Shown here: positions 1 to 12,000 of the stretch, piece by piece
Position numbering within the stretch: position 1 is the first letter of the stretch
Layout: each line of letters starts with the position of its first letter
Source of the DNA: Rebecca billardiae RCC1528
Taxonomy: Eukaryota > Protista > Haptophyta
Direction: 5' to 3'
NCBI GenBank assembly: GCA_965240325.2
Contig: OZ251248.1
Location: forward strand, 1 to 64,000
Length of the DNA stretch: 64,000 nt
Position numbers and translations under genes: made by a program
Notes under the pieces: generated by a model
Seen by the model: the letters and a program-made list of their open reading frames with translations, nothing else
What the model was told of the DNA's origin: nothing
Databases searched by the model: none

Positions 1-82
1 CCTAACCCCTAACCCTAACCCCTAACCCTAACCCTAACCCTAACCCCTAACCCTAACCCTAACCCTAACCCTAACCCTAACC

Positions 83-123
<41 letters not shown>

Positions 124-214
124 CCCTAACCCTAACCCTAACCCTAACCCTAACCCTAACCCTAACCCTAACCCTAACCCCTAACCCTAACCCTAACCCT
201 AACCCTAACCCTAA

Positions 215-250
<36 letters not shown>

Positions 251-401
251 CTAAACCCTAACCCTAACCCTAACCCTAACCCTAACCCTAACCCTAACCC
301 TAACCCTAACCTAACCCTAACCCTAACCCTAACCCTAACCCTAACCCTAACCCCTAACCCTAACCCTAACCCTAACCCTAACCCTAACCCTAACCCTAAC
401 C

Positions 402-442
<41 letters not shown>

Positions 443-742
443 CCCTAACCCTAACCCTAACCCTAACCCTAACCCTAACCCTAACCCTAACCCTAACCCT
501 AACCCTAACCCTAACCCTAACCCTAACCCTAACCCTAACCCTAACCCTAACCCTAACCCCTAACCCTAACCCTAACCCTAACCCTAACCCTAACCCCTAA
601 CCCTAACCCTAACCCTAACCCTAACCCTAACCCTAACCCTAACCCTAACCCTAACCCTAACCCTAACCCTAACCCTAACCCTAACCCTAACCCCTAACCC
701 TAACCCTAACCCTAACCCCTAACCCCAACCCTAACCCTAACC

Positions 743-796
<54 letters not shown>

Positions 797-1060
797 CCCT
801 AACCCTAACCCTAACCCTAACCCCTAACCCTAACCCTAACCCTAACACCCTAACCCTAACCCTAACCCTAACCCTAACCCTAACCCTTAACCCTAACCCT
901 AACCCTAACCCTAACCCTAACCCTAACCCTAACCCTAACCCTAACCCTAACCCTAACCCTAACCCTACCCTAACCCTAACCCTAACCCTAACCCTAACCC
1001 TAACCCCTAACCTAACCCTAACCCCTAACCCTAACCCTAACCCTAACCCTAACCCTAACC

Positions 1061-1101
<41 letters not shown>

Positions 1102-1181
1102 CCCTAACCCTAACCCTAACCCTAACCCTAACCCTAACCCTAACCCTAACCCTAACCCTAACCCTAACCCTAACCCTAACC

Positions 1182-1213
<32 letters not shown>

Positions 1214-1432
1214 CTAACCCTAACCCTAACCCTAACCCTAACCCTAACCCTAACCCTAACCCTACTAACCCTAACCCTAACCCTAACCCTAACCCTAACC
1301 CTAACCCTAACCCTAACCCTAACCCTAACCCTAACCCTAACCCTAACCCTAACCCTAACCCTAACCCTAACCCTAACCCTAACCCTAACCCTAACCCTAA
1401 CCCTAACCCTAACCCTAACCCTAACCCTAACC

Positions 1433-1473
<41 letters not shown>

Positions 1474-2608
1474 CCCTAACCCTAACCCTAACCCTAACCC
1501 TAACCCTAACCCTAACCCTAACCCTAACCCTAACCCTAACCCTAACCCTAACCCTAACCCTAACCCTAACCCTAACCCTAACCCTAACCCTAACCCTAAC
1601 CCTAACCCTAACCCTAACCCTAACCCTAACCCTAACCCTAACCCTAATAACCCTAACCCTAACCCTAACCCTAACCCTAACCCTAACCCTAACCCTAACC
1701 CTAACCCTAACCCTAACCCTAACCCTAACCCTAACCCTAACCCTAACCCTAACCCTAACCCTAACCCTAACCCTAACCCTAACCCTAACCCTAACCCTAA
1801 CCCTAACCCTAACCCTAACCCTAACCCTAACCCTAACCCTAACCCTAACCCTAACCCTAACCCTAACCCTAACCCTAACCCTAACCCTAACCCTAACCCT
1901 AACCCTAACCCTAACCCTAACCCTAACCCTAACCCTAACCCTAACCCTAACCCTAACCCTAACCCTAACCCTAACCCTAACCCTAACCCTAACCCTAACC
2001 CTAACCCTAACCCTAACCCTAACCCTAACCCTAACCCTAACCCTAACCCTAACCCTAACCCTAACCCTAACCCTAACCCTAACCCTAACCCTAACCCTAA
2101 CCCTAACCCTAACCCTAACCCTAACCCTAACCCTAACCCTAACCCTAACCCTAACCCTAACCCTAACCCTAACCCTAACCCTAACCCTAACCCTAACCCT
2201 AACCCTAACCCTAACCCTAACCCTAACCCTAACCCTAACCCTAACCCTAACCCTAACCCTAACCCTAACCCTAACCCTAACCCTAACCCTAACCCTAACC
2301 CTAACCCTAACCCTAACCCTAACCCTAACCCTAACCCTAACCCTAACCCTAACCCTAACCCTAACCCTAACCCTAACCCTAACCCTAACCCTAACCCTAA
2401 CCCTAACCCTAACCCTAACCCTAACCCTAACCCTAACCCTAACCCTAACCCTAACCCTAACCCTAACCCTAACCCTAACCCTAACCCTAACCCTAACCCT
2501 AACCCTAACCCTAACCCTAACCCTAACCCTAACCCTAACCCTAACCCTAACCCTAACCCTAACCCTAACCCCTAACCCTAACCTAACCCTAACCCTAAAC
2601 CTAACCTA
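1..2608 (+). repeat. Telomere, (CCCTAA)n
   Basis: About 2.6 kb of tandem CCCTAA from base 1, the orientation expected at a left chromosome end. Scattered small indels mostly in the first ~1.65 kb. Confidence 0.99.
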
Positions 2609-2827
2609 GGGCGCAGGTAAGGGTTAGGGCGCAGGTAAGGGTTAGGGCGCAGGTAAGGGTTAGGGCGCAGGTAAGGGTTAGGGAAATGGTAAGGGTTAGG
2701 GAAATGGTAAGGGTTAGGGAAATGGTAAGGGTTAGGGAAATGGTTAGGGTTAGGGAAATGGTAAGGGTTAGGGAAATGGTAAGGGTTAGGGAAATGGTTA
2801 GGGTTAGGGTTAGGGAAATGGTTAGGG
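2609..2827 (+). repeat. Inverted telomere-variant array, 18-bp units
   Basis: 4 x GGGCGCAGGTAAGGGTTA (2609-2680), then ~8 x GGGAAATGGT(A/T)AGGGTTA. G-rich on the + strand, opposite to the adjacent telomere. Confidence 0.95.
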
Positions 2828-4140
2828 TCGCCGGTACTAAAATGAGAATTTCTCGAAATTGACCGAACCGATTTCAACGAGACTTGGGCTCTGCCATGGA
2901 AATGGGAAGGGCCAGGGGCCCTCCAATTTTGAGAGGATTCGGCTCGGTCAATCTCGAGAAAACATACTTCTAAACGCCCGGAGGGCTGCTGTCGTGCGCG
3001 TAGCGTGCGCGCGCACGCCGGCGCAGTGGTGCGCGAGGGGATCCACGCGCCGTCAAAGCACGCGCGCCTCGGCCAGCTTCGCCACGTCCCACGCGCGGCC
3101 ATCGCGGCGGCGCGAGCGCACTGCCCGGCCCTCGCCCGGCCCGCACGCAAATGCTGCCGGCTGCGCGCCGGCGGCCGAGCCAGTGCACCGCCGAGCGGTC
3201 GAGCGCGCGTGCCGGGAGGATGCATTCGCATCTCTATTACTCGCACGACGCCGCGCAGCGCGTGGTGCCCGTCAGCAACGCGTGAACAGCGCCGCCAAGT
3301 CTGCGCGCAGAGCTCGGCCGCGGCGTGCGCGGCCGTTCAACATAGAGACGGCGCTTCTGCTGCTCGCCACTGCCGACCCGCGCTGACCACGCTGGGGTGT
3401 GCTCGCCCCGATCGCCACGTGCACGCGTCCCTGCAAGGGGCGGCCGCGCCTTCGACGTGAGGCGCGTGCGCGACCAGCGGCATGCAGCAGCTGCGCGTAG
3501 GCGTCTCACTGCCGTGATGGCGCGCACTGGAGGCAGCTCGGACGAGGTGGAAGATGGGGGCGCGGGGGCGGGGGCAGCTGAGCTGGTGCGCGGCGCCAGC
3601 CACGGCCGCGGCGCGCTCCCGCCACGCGCCGCCGAGCAGCACGCGCTGCGGTCGCTCGGCTGGCTCGCTGCCCACCCCACGCGCTGCAGTCGTGTCCACG
3701 CGGGCGCGCGAGTGGAAAGCCCGCGACGGCAGCGCGCGCTGCCCCAGGCCCGGAGCATCGGCACGGCCGCGACAGCCCGAGCCTGGGGCGCGGGCAGCCC
3801 GTGCGGGCCCGCGCGGGCATATTCGCGGGGTGCCACGCCTCGACCTCGGCCGCGGCGCCGCGTGCTGCGCCGAGGCCAGACGAGCCCAGCCGAGCCGGGC
3901 GCGGGCGCGCCTGGCAGTGGCAGCGCGCGCCGCACCGCGCTTGGCGCAGCCAGCACAGCTCCGGACGCACTAGCCTGCTCGGCGCTGCTAGTGCAGCACC
4001 AAAGCGAGTTGAAGCGCCGGGCGGATCGGCCTCTAAGGGCAATAATAAGTTTCGATCGACCGAGCCGACTAACCCGAACCCCGTTGACGGTCAGCCACGC
4101 CGCTTGTCAGAGCGGACGCCGCCTCGCCGCGAACTTATAA
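2828..4140. repeat. Degenerate subtelomeric dispersed repeat (probable non-autonomous DNA element)
   Basis: About 2990-3600 is clearly similar to ~16365-16990 (shared CCAAGTCTGCGCGCAGAGCTCGGCCGCGGCG). A 23-bp inverted repeat lies at 2849-2871/2939-2961. No credible coding frame; boundaries approximate. Confidence 0.55.
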
Positions 4141-4260
4141 TGAGGCCTCACGCGCACCGGGCCGCGCGTTGGCGCAGCGCCCAACCACCGCCCGCGGGCC
4201 TCTGCTTGATGATGGCGGCAATCGAGGCCCGAGCGGCGCGAGCCCACGCGCTCCGCCGCA

Positions 4261-4370
4261 TCAGGGCTGCTGCGCCGCCGCGGCGGGCGGGCGCCCGCGG
4301 CGGCGCTTGGCGCGCCCCGCCGCGTCGGCGCCGCCACCGCCGGCCGCGCTCGGCGGCGCCGCTGGCTCGG

Positions 4371-4408
<38 letters not shown>

Positions 4409-6089
4409 GCACCGCCGAGCCACGCGGGCGGCGGCGCGGGCGGCGCGGCGGGCGGCACGCGCTCCCCGCCGCCCGCGAGCCCCGCGGGCGCGGCGAGCGG
4501 CGGCGCGGGCGGACGCTGCTGCTCCGGCGGCGGCGGCGGCGGCGCGCGCGCGCGCGGCGTGTGCGTGGGCGCGCACGGCACGCAGCACACGCCCGGCGCG
4601 GGCGCGCACGGCGCGCCGCCGCCCGCGTCGAAGCCGCACGCGCCGCGGCACGCGGCGCTGGCGCGGTGCAGCGCGTGCGGCAGCCCGACGCGCGCGCACG
4701 CCGCCTCGTCGCCCCACGCCTCGCGCGGCACCGCCTCCACCGCGCGCGAGACGAGCTCGGCGAGCGCGCCCACGTGCAGCGGCGGGTGGCGCGCCGCGCG
4801 GTGGCCCTCGAGCGCGCGCGTCGCGCGCGCGAGCGCGCGCCGCACGGCGTCGGCGCCCTCCGCCGTGCCGAGTGGCACGTCGTCCGCGCCGCGCGCCTCG
4901 CCCATCCGCACGTCCCCACCCTCCGCCTCCGCCGCCGCCGCCACCTCCGCCTCCGCCTCCGCCGCGTCGTCGTCCTCCTCCGCGTCGGCCGCGCCGCGCG
5001 CGGGCGCGCGCGTCGCCTGCAGCAGCGTGTGCTGCAGCGCGCACACGCGGCCGCGCAGGGCCTCGCACTCGGCGCACGCGTCGGCCGCGTGCAGCGCGGC
5101 GAGCGGGCCGTCGGGCGCGAGCACGAGCGCGCGCAGCGCGCGCGGCAGGTACGCCGCGCACGGCTTGGGCAGCAGCGCGAGCGCGCACGCGGCGGGCGCG
5201 AGCGGCGGCGCGGCGCGCGCGGCGCGCGCGCGCGCGCCACCGCGTCCGCGCACGCGAGCAGCTCGGGCGCGGCGGGCGGCGGCAGCCGCGCGTCCCACGC
5301 GCACGCCCAGTCGGCGGCGGCGGCGGGGTCGCACAGCTCCAGCGCCCAGAGCAGCTGCGCGCAGTACGCCTCCACCGCCGCCTCCGCCGCGCGCGGCGGC
5401 CGGTGCGCGGCGCGCGCGCCCGCGCGCCGCAGCGTGGCGCACAGGCCGGCGCCGTCCAGCGCGAGCGCGCCGTCGGGCGCGCGGCGCACAAGGGCGGGGC
5501 GGCCAAGCGCGGCGTGCGCGGCGCTCGCCGCCTTGTGCACGTACCCGCGCAGCTTGGGCAGGTAGTCGTTGCCGCACAGCACCGCGAGGCAGCACGCGTC
5601 GAGCGCGCAGCCCGCGCCGCCGCCCTCGCCCGCGCCGGGCGCGCCGCGCGGCGGCGCGAGCAGCGCGCGCGCCGCCTCGCACGAGAAGGCGCGCGCGCGC
5701 TGCGGCGCGCCGGGCGGCCCATCGGCGAGCACGAGCACGCGCCGCGCCGGGCACGCGAGCGCGAGCAGCAGCAGGTCCGCGTCGCCGCCGACGACGAGGT
5801 GCGTCTGAGCCTCGAGCGCGCCGCCCCCCATCGCGCGCAGGTGCGCAAACAGCTTGGCCTCGCCCTCGCCCGCGCACGAGGACGGGTCGACGAGCACGCG
5901 CACGCCGGCGCGGAGGCCGCCGGCCCCGCCGCCGCGCCCGCCGCCGCGCCCGCCGCCGCCGCGCCCGCCGTGCGCGTGCGGCGGCGGCTTGGCGAGCGCC
6001 TCCGCCGCCCACGCGCTCAGCGCCGCGTCGACCGCGGCCATGAAGGGCGTGCCCGGCGTGACCGCGACGGTGCTCGGGCGCGCGGGCGC
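4261..6089 (-). pseudogene. 5'-truncated XRN-family 5'-3' exoribonuclease
   Basis: XRN motifs VTPGTPFM, AGEGEAKL, GGDADLLLL, LCGNDYLP, AYCAQLLWAL and PLAPAACALALLP. The N-terminal DMN and DGVAPRAK motifs are absent because the satellite starts at ~6090. A frame change sits in a (GC)n run at ~5222-5237; stop at 4261-4263. Confidence 0.8.
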
Positions 6090-9000
6090 GGACGGATGAA
6101 TAATGCGCTGCCCTCTCGCGTGATATCGGCCCTGGGGGTGCCCTCGGCAGCGCGCGCGGGCGCAGGCCATTATTCATTCGTATTCAGCCGGCGCGCAGCA
6201 CCACTGCTGGTCGGCTGCGCCCAGCCTGGCGGTTAAAAATCCGAATTTCGAGCAGTGCGTCGCACCCGACGTGGACGGATGAATAACGCGCTGCCCTCTC
6301 GCGTGATATCAGCCCAGGGGGTGCCCTCGGCAGCGCGCGCGGGCGCAGGCCATTATTCATTAGTATTCAGCCGGCGCGCAGCACCACGGCTGGTCGGCGG
6401 CGCCCAGCCTGGCGGCGGTTAAAAGTCCGATTTTCGAGGTGGGCGTCGCACCCGGCGTGGACGGATGAATAATGCGCTGCCCTCTCGCGTGATATCAGCC
6501 CAGGGGGTGCCCTCGGCAGCGCGCGCGGGCGCAGGCCATTATTCATTCGCATTCAGCCGGCGCGCGCGCCGCACCGCGCCTGCGGCGGCCCGCCTGGCTG
6601 GCGGTTAAAAATCCGAGTTTCGAGGTGGGCGTCGCACCTGGCGTGGACGGATGAATAATGCGCTGCCCTCTCGCGTGATATCAGCCCAGGGGGTGCCCTC
6701 GGCAGCGCGCGCGGGCGCAGGCCATTATTCATTCGTATTCAGCCGGCGCGCAGCACCACGGCTGGTCGGCGGCGCCCAGCCTGGTGGTTGAATATCCGAT
6801 TTTCGAGCAGTGCGTCGCACCCGGCGTGGACGGATGAATAATGCGCTGCCCTCTCGCGTGATATCGGCCCTGGGGGTGCCCTTGGCAGCGCGCGCGGGCG
6901 CAGGCCATTATTCATTAGTATTCAGCCGGCGCGCGCGCCGCACCGCGCCTGCGGCGGCCCGCCTGGCGGTTAAAAATCCGATTTTCGAGCAGTGCGTCGC
7001 ACCCGACGTGGACGGATGAATAATGCGCTGCCCTCTCGCGTGATATCAGCCCGGGGGGTGCCCTCGGCAGCGCGCGCGGGCGCAGGCCATTATTCATTAG
7101 GATTCAGCCAGCGCGCGCGCAGCACCACGGCTGGTCGGCGGCGCCCAGCCTGGCTGTTAAAAGTCCGATTTTCGAGGTGGGCGTCGCACCTGGCGTGGAC
7201 GGATGAATAATGCGCTGCCCCCTCGCGTGATATCGGCCCAGTGGGTGCCCTCGGCGGCGCGCGCGGGCGCAGGCCATTATTCATTCGTATTCAGCCGGCG
7301 CGCGCGCCGCATCGCGCCTGCGGCGGCCAGCCTGGCAGTTAAACCTCCGATTTTCGAGGTGGGCGTCGCACCCGGCGTGGACGGATGAATAATGCGCTGC
7401 CCTCTCGCGTGATATCAGCCCTGGGGGTGCCCTCGGCGGCGCGCGCGGGCGCGAGCCATTATTCATTCGTATTCAGCGCCGACGCGCGCGCAGCACCACG
7501 CCTGCGGCGGCCAGCCTGGCAGTTAAAAATCCGATTTTCGAGGTGGGCGTCGCACCTAGCGTGGACGGATGAATAATGCGCTGCCCTCTCAAGTGCGATA
7601 AGCCCTGGGGGTGCCCTCTGAAGCGCGCGCGGGCGCAGGCCATTATTCATTCGCATTCAGCCAGCGCGCGCGCCGCACCGCGCCTGCGGCGGCCCGCCTG
7701 GCAGTTAAACCTCCGATTTTCGAGGTGGGCGTCGCACCTAGCGTGGACGGATGAATAATGCGCTGCCCTCTCGCGTGATGTCGGCCCAGGGGGTGCCCTC
7801 GGCAGCGCGCGCGGGCGCAGGCCATTATTCATTCGCATTCAGCCGGCGCGCGCGCCGCACCGCGCCTGCGGCGGCCCGCCTGCGGCGGTTAAAAATCCGA
7901 GTTTCGAGGTGGGCGTCGCACCTGGCGTGGACGGATGAATAATGCGCTGCACTCTCGCGTGATATCAGCCCTGGGGGTGCCCTCGGCGGCGCGCGTGGGC
8001 GCGAGCCATTATTCATTCGTATTCAGCCGGCGCGCGCGCCGCACCACGGCTGATCGGCGGCGCCCAGCCTGGCGGTTAAAAATCTGATTTTCGAGGTGGG
8101 CGTCGCACCCGGCGTGGACGGATGAATAATGCGCTGCCCTCTCGCGTGATATCAGCCCTGGGGGTGCTCTCGGCGGCGCGCGCGGGCGCGAGCCATTATT
8201 CATTCGTATTCAGCCGACGCGCGCGCAGCACCACGCCTGCGGCGGCCCGCCTGGCTGGCGGTTAAAAATCCGATTTTCGAGCAGTGCGTCGCACCCGGCG
8301 TGGACGGATGAATAATGCGCTGCCCCCTCGCGTGATGTCGGCCCAGGGGGTGTCCTCGGCAGCGCGCGCGGGCGCAGGCCATTATTCATTAGTATTCAGC
8401 CGGCGCGCAGCACCACGGCTGGTCGGCGGCGCCCAGCCTGGCGGTAAAAAATCCGATTTTCGAGGTGGGCGTCGCACCTAGCGTGGACGGATGAATAATG
8501 CGCTGCCCTCTCGCGTGCGATCAGCCCTGGGGGTGCCCTCTTAAGCGCGCGCGGGCGCAGGCCATTATTCATTCGCATTCAGCCAGCGCGCGCGCCGCAC
8601 CGCGCCTGCGGCGGCCCGCCTGGCAGTTAAACCTCCGATTTTCGAGGTGGGCGTCGCACCTAGCGTGGACGGATGAATAATGCGCTGCCCTCTCGCGTGA
8701 TATCGGCCCAGGGGGTGCCCTCGGCAGCGCGCGCGGGCGCAGGCCATTATTCATTCGCATTCAGCCGGCGCGCGCGCCGCACCGCGCCTGCGGCGGCCCG
8801 CCTGGCTGGCGGTTAAAAATCCGAGTTTCGAGGTGGGCGTCGCACCTGGCGTGGACGGATGAAAAATGCACTGCCCTCTCGCGTGATATCAGCCCAGGGG
8901 GTGCCCTCGGCAGCGCGCGCGGGCGCAGGCCATTATTCATTAGTATTCAGCCGGCGCGCAGCACCACGGCTCGTCGGCGGCGCCCAGCCTGGCGGCGGTT

Positions 9001-12000
9001 AAAAATCCGATTTTCGAGCAGTGCGTCGCACCCGGCGTGGACGGATGAATAATGCGCTGCCCTCTCGCGTGATATCAGCCCAGGCGGTGCCCTCGGCAGC
9101 GCGCGCGGGCGCAGGCCATTATTCATTCGTATTCAGCCGGCGCGCGCGCCGCACCGCGCCTGCGGCGGCCAGCCTGGCGGTTAAATATCCGATTTTCGAG
9201 GTTGGCGTCGCACCCGACGTGGACGGATGAATAATGCGCTGCCCTCTCGCGTGATGTCAGCCCAGGGGGTGCCCTCGGCAGCGCGCGCGGGCGCAGGCCA
9301 TTATTCATTCGCATTCAGCCGGCGCGCGCGCCTGCGGCGGCCCGCCTGGCTGGCGGTTAATAATCCGATTTTCGAGGGGGGCGTCGCACCTGGCGTGGAC
9401 GGATGAATAATGCGCTGCCCTCTCGCGTGATATCAGCCCAGGGGGTGCCCTCGGCAGCGCGCGCGGGCGCAGGCCATTATTCATTAGTATTCAGCCGGCG
9501 CGCAGCACCACGGCTGGTCGGCGGCGCCCAGCCTGGCGGCGGTTAAAAATCCGATTTTCGAGCAGTGCGTCGCACCCGGCGTGGACGGATGAATAATGCG
9601 CTGCCCTCTCGCGTGATATCAGCCCAGGCGGTGCCCTCGGCAGCGCGCGCGGGCGCAGGCCATTATTCATTCGTATTCAGCCGGCGCGCGCGCCGCACCG
9701 CGCCTGCGGCGGCCAGCCTGGCGGTGAAATATCCGTTTTTCGAGGTTGGCGTCGCACCCGACGTGGACGGATGAATAATGCGCTGCCCTCTCGCGTGATG
9801 TCAGCCCAGGGGGTGCCCTCGGCAGCGCGCGCGGGCGCAGGCCATTATTCATTCGCATTCAGCCGGCGCGCAGCACCACGGCTGGTCGGCGGCGCCCAGC
9901 CTGGCGGCGGTTAAAAATCCGATTTTCGAGCAGTGCGTCGCACCCGGCGTGGACGGATGAATAATGCGCTGCCCTCTCGCGTGATATCAGCCCAGGCGGT
10001 GCCCTCGGCAGCGCGCGCGGGCGCAGGCCATTATTCATTCGTATTCAGCCGGCGCGCGCGCCGCACCGCGCCTGCGGCGGCCAGCCTGGCGGTTAAATAT
10101 CCGATTTTCGAGGTTGGCGTCGCACCCGACGTGGACGGATGAATAATGCGCTGCCCTCTCGCGTGATGTCAGCCCAGGGGGTGCCCTCGGCAGCGCGCGC
10201 GGGCGCAGGCCATTATTCATTCGCATTCAGCCGGCGCGCGCGCCTGCGGCGGCCCGCCTGGCTGGCGGTTAAAAATCCGATTTTCGAGGTGGGCGTCGCA
10301 CCTGGCGTGGACGGATGAATAATGCGCTGCCCTCTCGCGTGATATCAGCCCAGGCGGTGCCTTCGGCAGCGCGCGCGGGCGCAGGCCATTATTCATTCGT
10401 ATTCAGCCGGCGCGCGCGCCGCACCGCGCCTGCGGCGGCCCGCCTGCGGCGGTTAAATATCCGAGTTTCGAGGTGGGCGTCGCACCTGGCGTGGACGGAT
10501 GAATAATGCGCTGCCCTCTCGCGTGATATCAGCCCTGGGGGTGCCCTCGGCGGCGCGCGCGGGCGCGAGCCATTATTCATTCGTATTCAGCCGGCGCGCG
10601 CGCCGCACCACGGCTGATCGGCGGCGCCCAGCCTGGCGGTTAAAAATCCGAGTTTCGAGGTGGGCGTCGCACCCGGCGTGGACGGATGAATAATGCGCTG
10701 CCCTCTCGCGTGATATCAGCCCTGGGGGTGCTCTCGGCGGCGCGCGCGGGCGCGAGCCATTATTCATTCGTATTCAGCCGACGCGCGCGCAGCACCACGC
10801 CTGCGGCGGCCCGCCTGGCTGGCGGTTAAAAATCCGATTTTCGAGCAGTGCGTCGCACCCGGCGTGGACGGATGAATAATGCGCTGCCCCCTCGCGTGAT
10901 GTCGGCCCAGGGGGTGTCCTCGGCAGCGCGCGCGGGCGCAGGCCATTATTCATTCGCATTCAGCCGGCGCGCGCGCCGCACCGCGCCTGCGGCGGCCCGC
11001 CTGGCTGGCGGTTAAAAATCCGAGTTTCGAGGTGGGCGTCGCACCCGGCGTGGACGGATGAATAATGCACTGCCCTCTCGCGTGATATCAGCCCAGGGGG
11101 TGCCCTCGGCAGCGCGCGCGGGCGCAGGCCATTATTCATTAGTATTCAGCCGGCGCGCAGCACCACGGCTGGTCGGCGGCGCCCAGCCTGGCGGCGGTTA
11201 AAAATCCGATTTTCGAGCAGTGCGTCGCACCCGGCGTGGACGGATGAATAATGCGCTGCCCTCTCGCGTGATATCAGCCCAGGCGGTGCCCTCGGCAGCG
11301 CGCGCGGGCGCAGGCCATTATTCATTCGTATTCAGCCGGCGCGCAGCACCACGGCTGGTCGGCGGCGCCCAGCCTGGCGGTTAAAAATCCGATTTTCGAG
11401 CAGTGCGTCGCACCCGGCGTGGACGGATGAATAATGCGCTGCCCTCTCGCGTGATATCAGCCCAGGCGGTGCCCTCGGCAGCGCGCGCGGGCGCAGGCCA
11501 TTATTCATTCGCATTCAGCCGGCGCGCGCGCCTGCGGCGGCCCGCCTGGCTGGCGGTTAAAAATCCGATTTTCGAGGTGGGCGTCGCACCTGGCGTGTAC
11601 GGATGAATAATGCGCTGCCCTCTCGCGTGATATCAGCCCAGGGGGTGCCCTCGGCAGCGCGCGCGGGCGCAGGCCATTATTCATTCGTATTCAGCCGGCG
11701 CGCAGCACCACGGCTGGTCGGCGGCGCCCAGCCTGGCGGTTAAAAATCCGATTTTCGAGCAGTGCGTCGCACCCGGCGTGGACGGATGAATAATGCGCTG
11801 CCCTCTCGCGTGATATCAGCCCAGGGGGTGCCCTCGGCAGCGCGCGCGCGCGCAGGCCATTATTCATTCGTATTCAGCCGGCGCGCAGCACCACGGCTGG
11901 TCGGCGGCGCCCAGCCTGGCGGTTAAAAATCCGATTTTCGAGCAGTGCGTCGCACCCGGCGTGGACGGATGAATAATGCGCTGCCCTCTCGCGTGATATC

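Noticed and set aside
1-1650. Irregular telomere units
   Set aside because: Small indels concentrated toward the distal end are most simply explained as read or consensus errors.
2578-3246. ORF ending in PNPYHF repeats
   Set aside because: Translation of the telomere-variant array.
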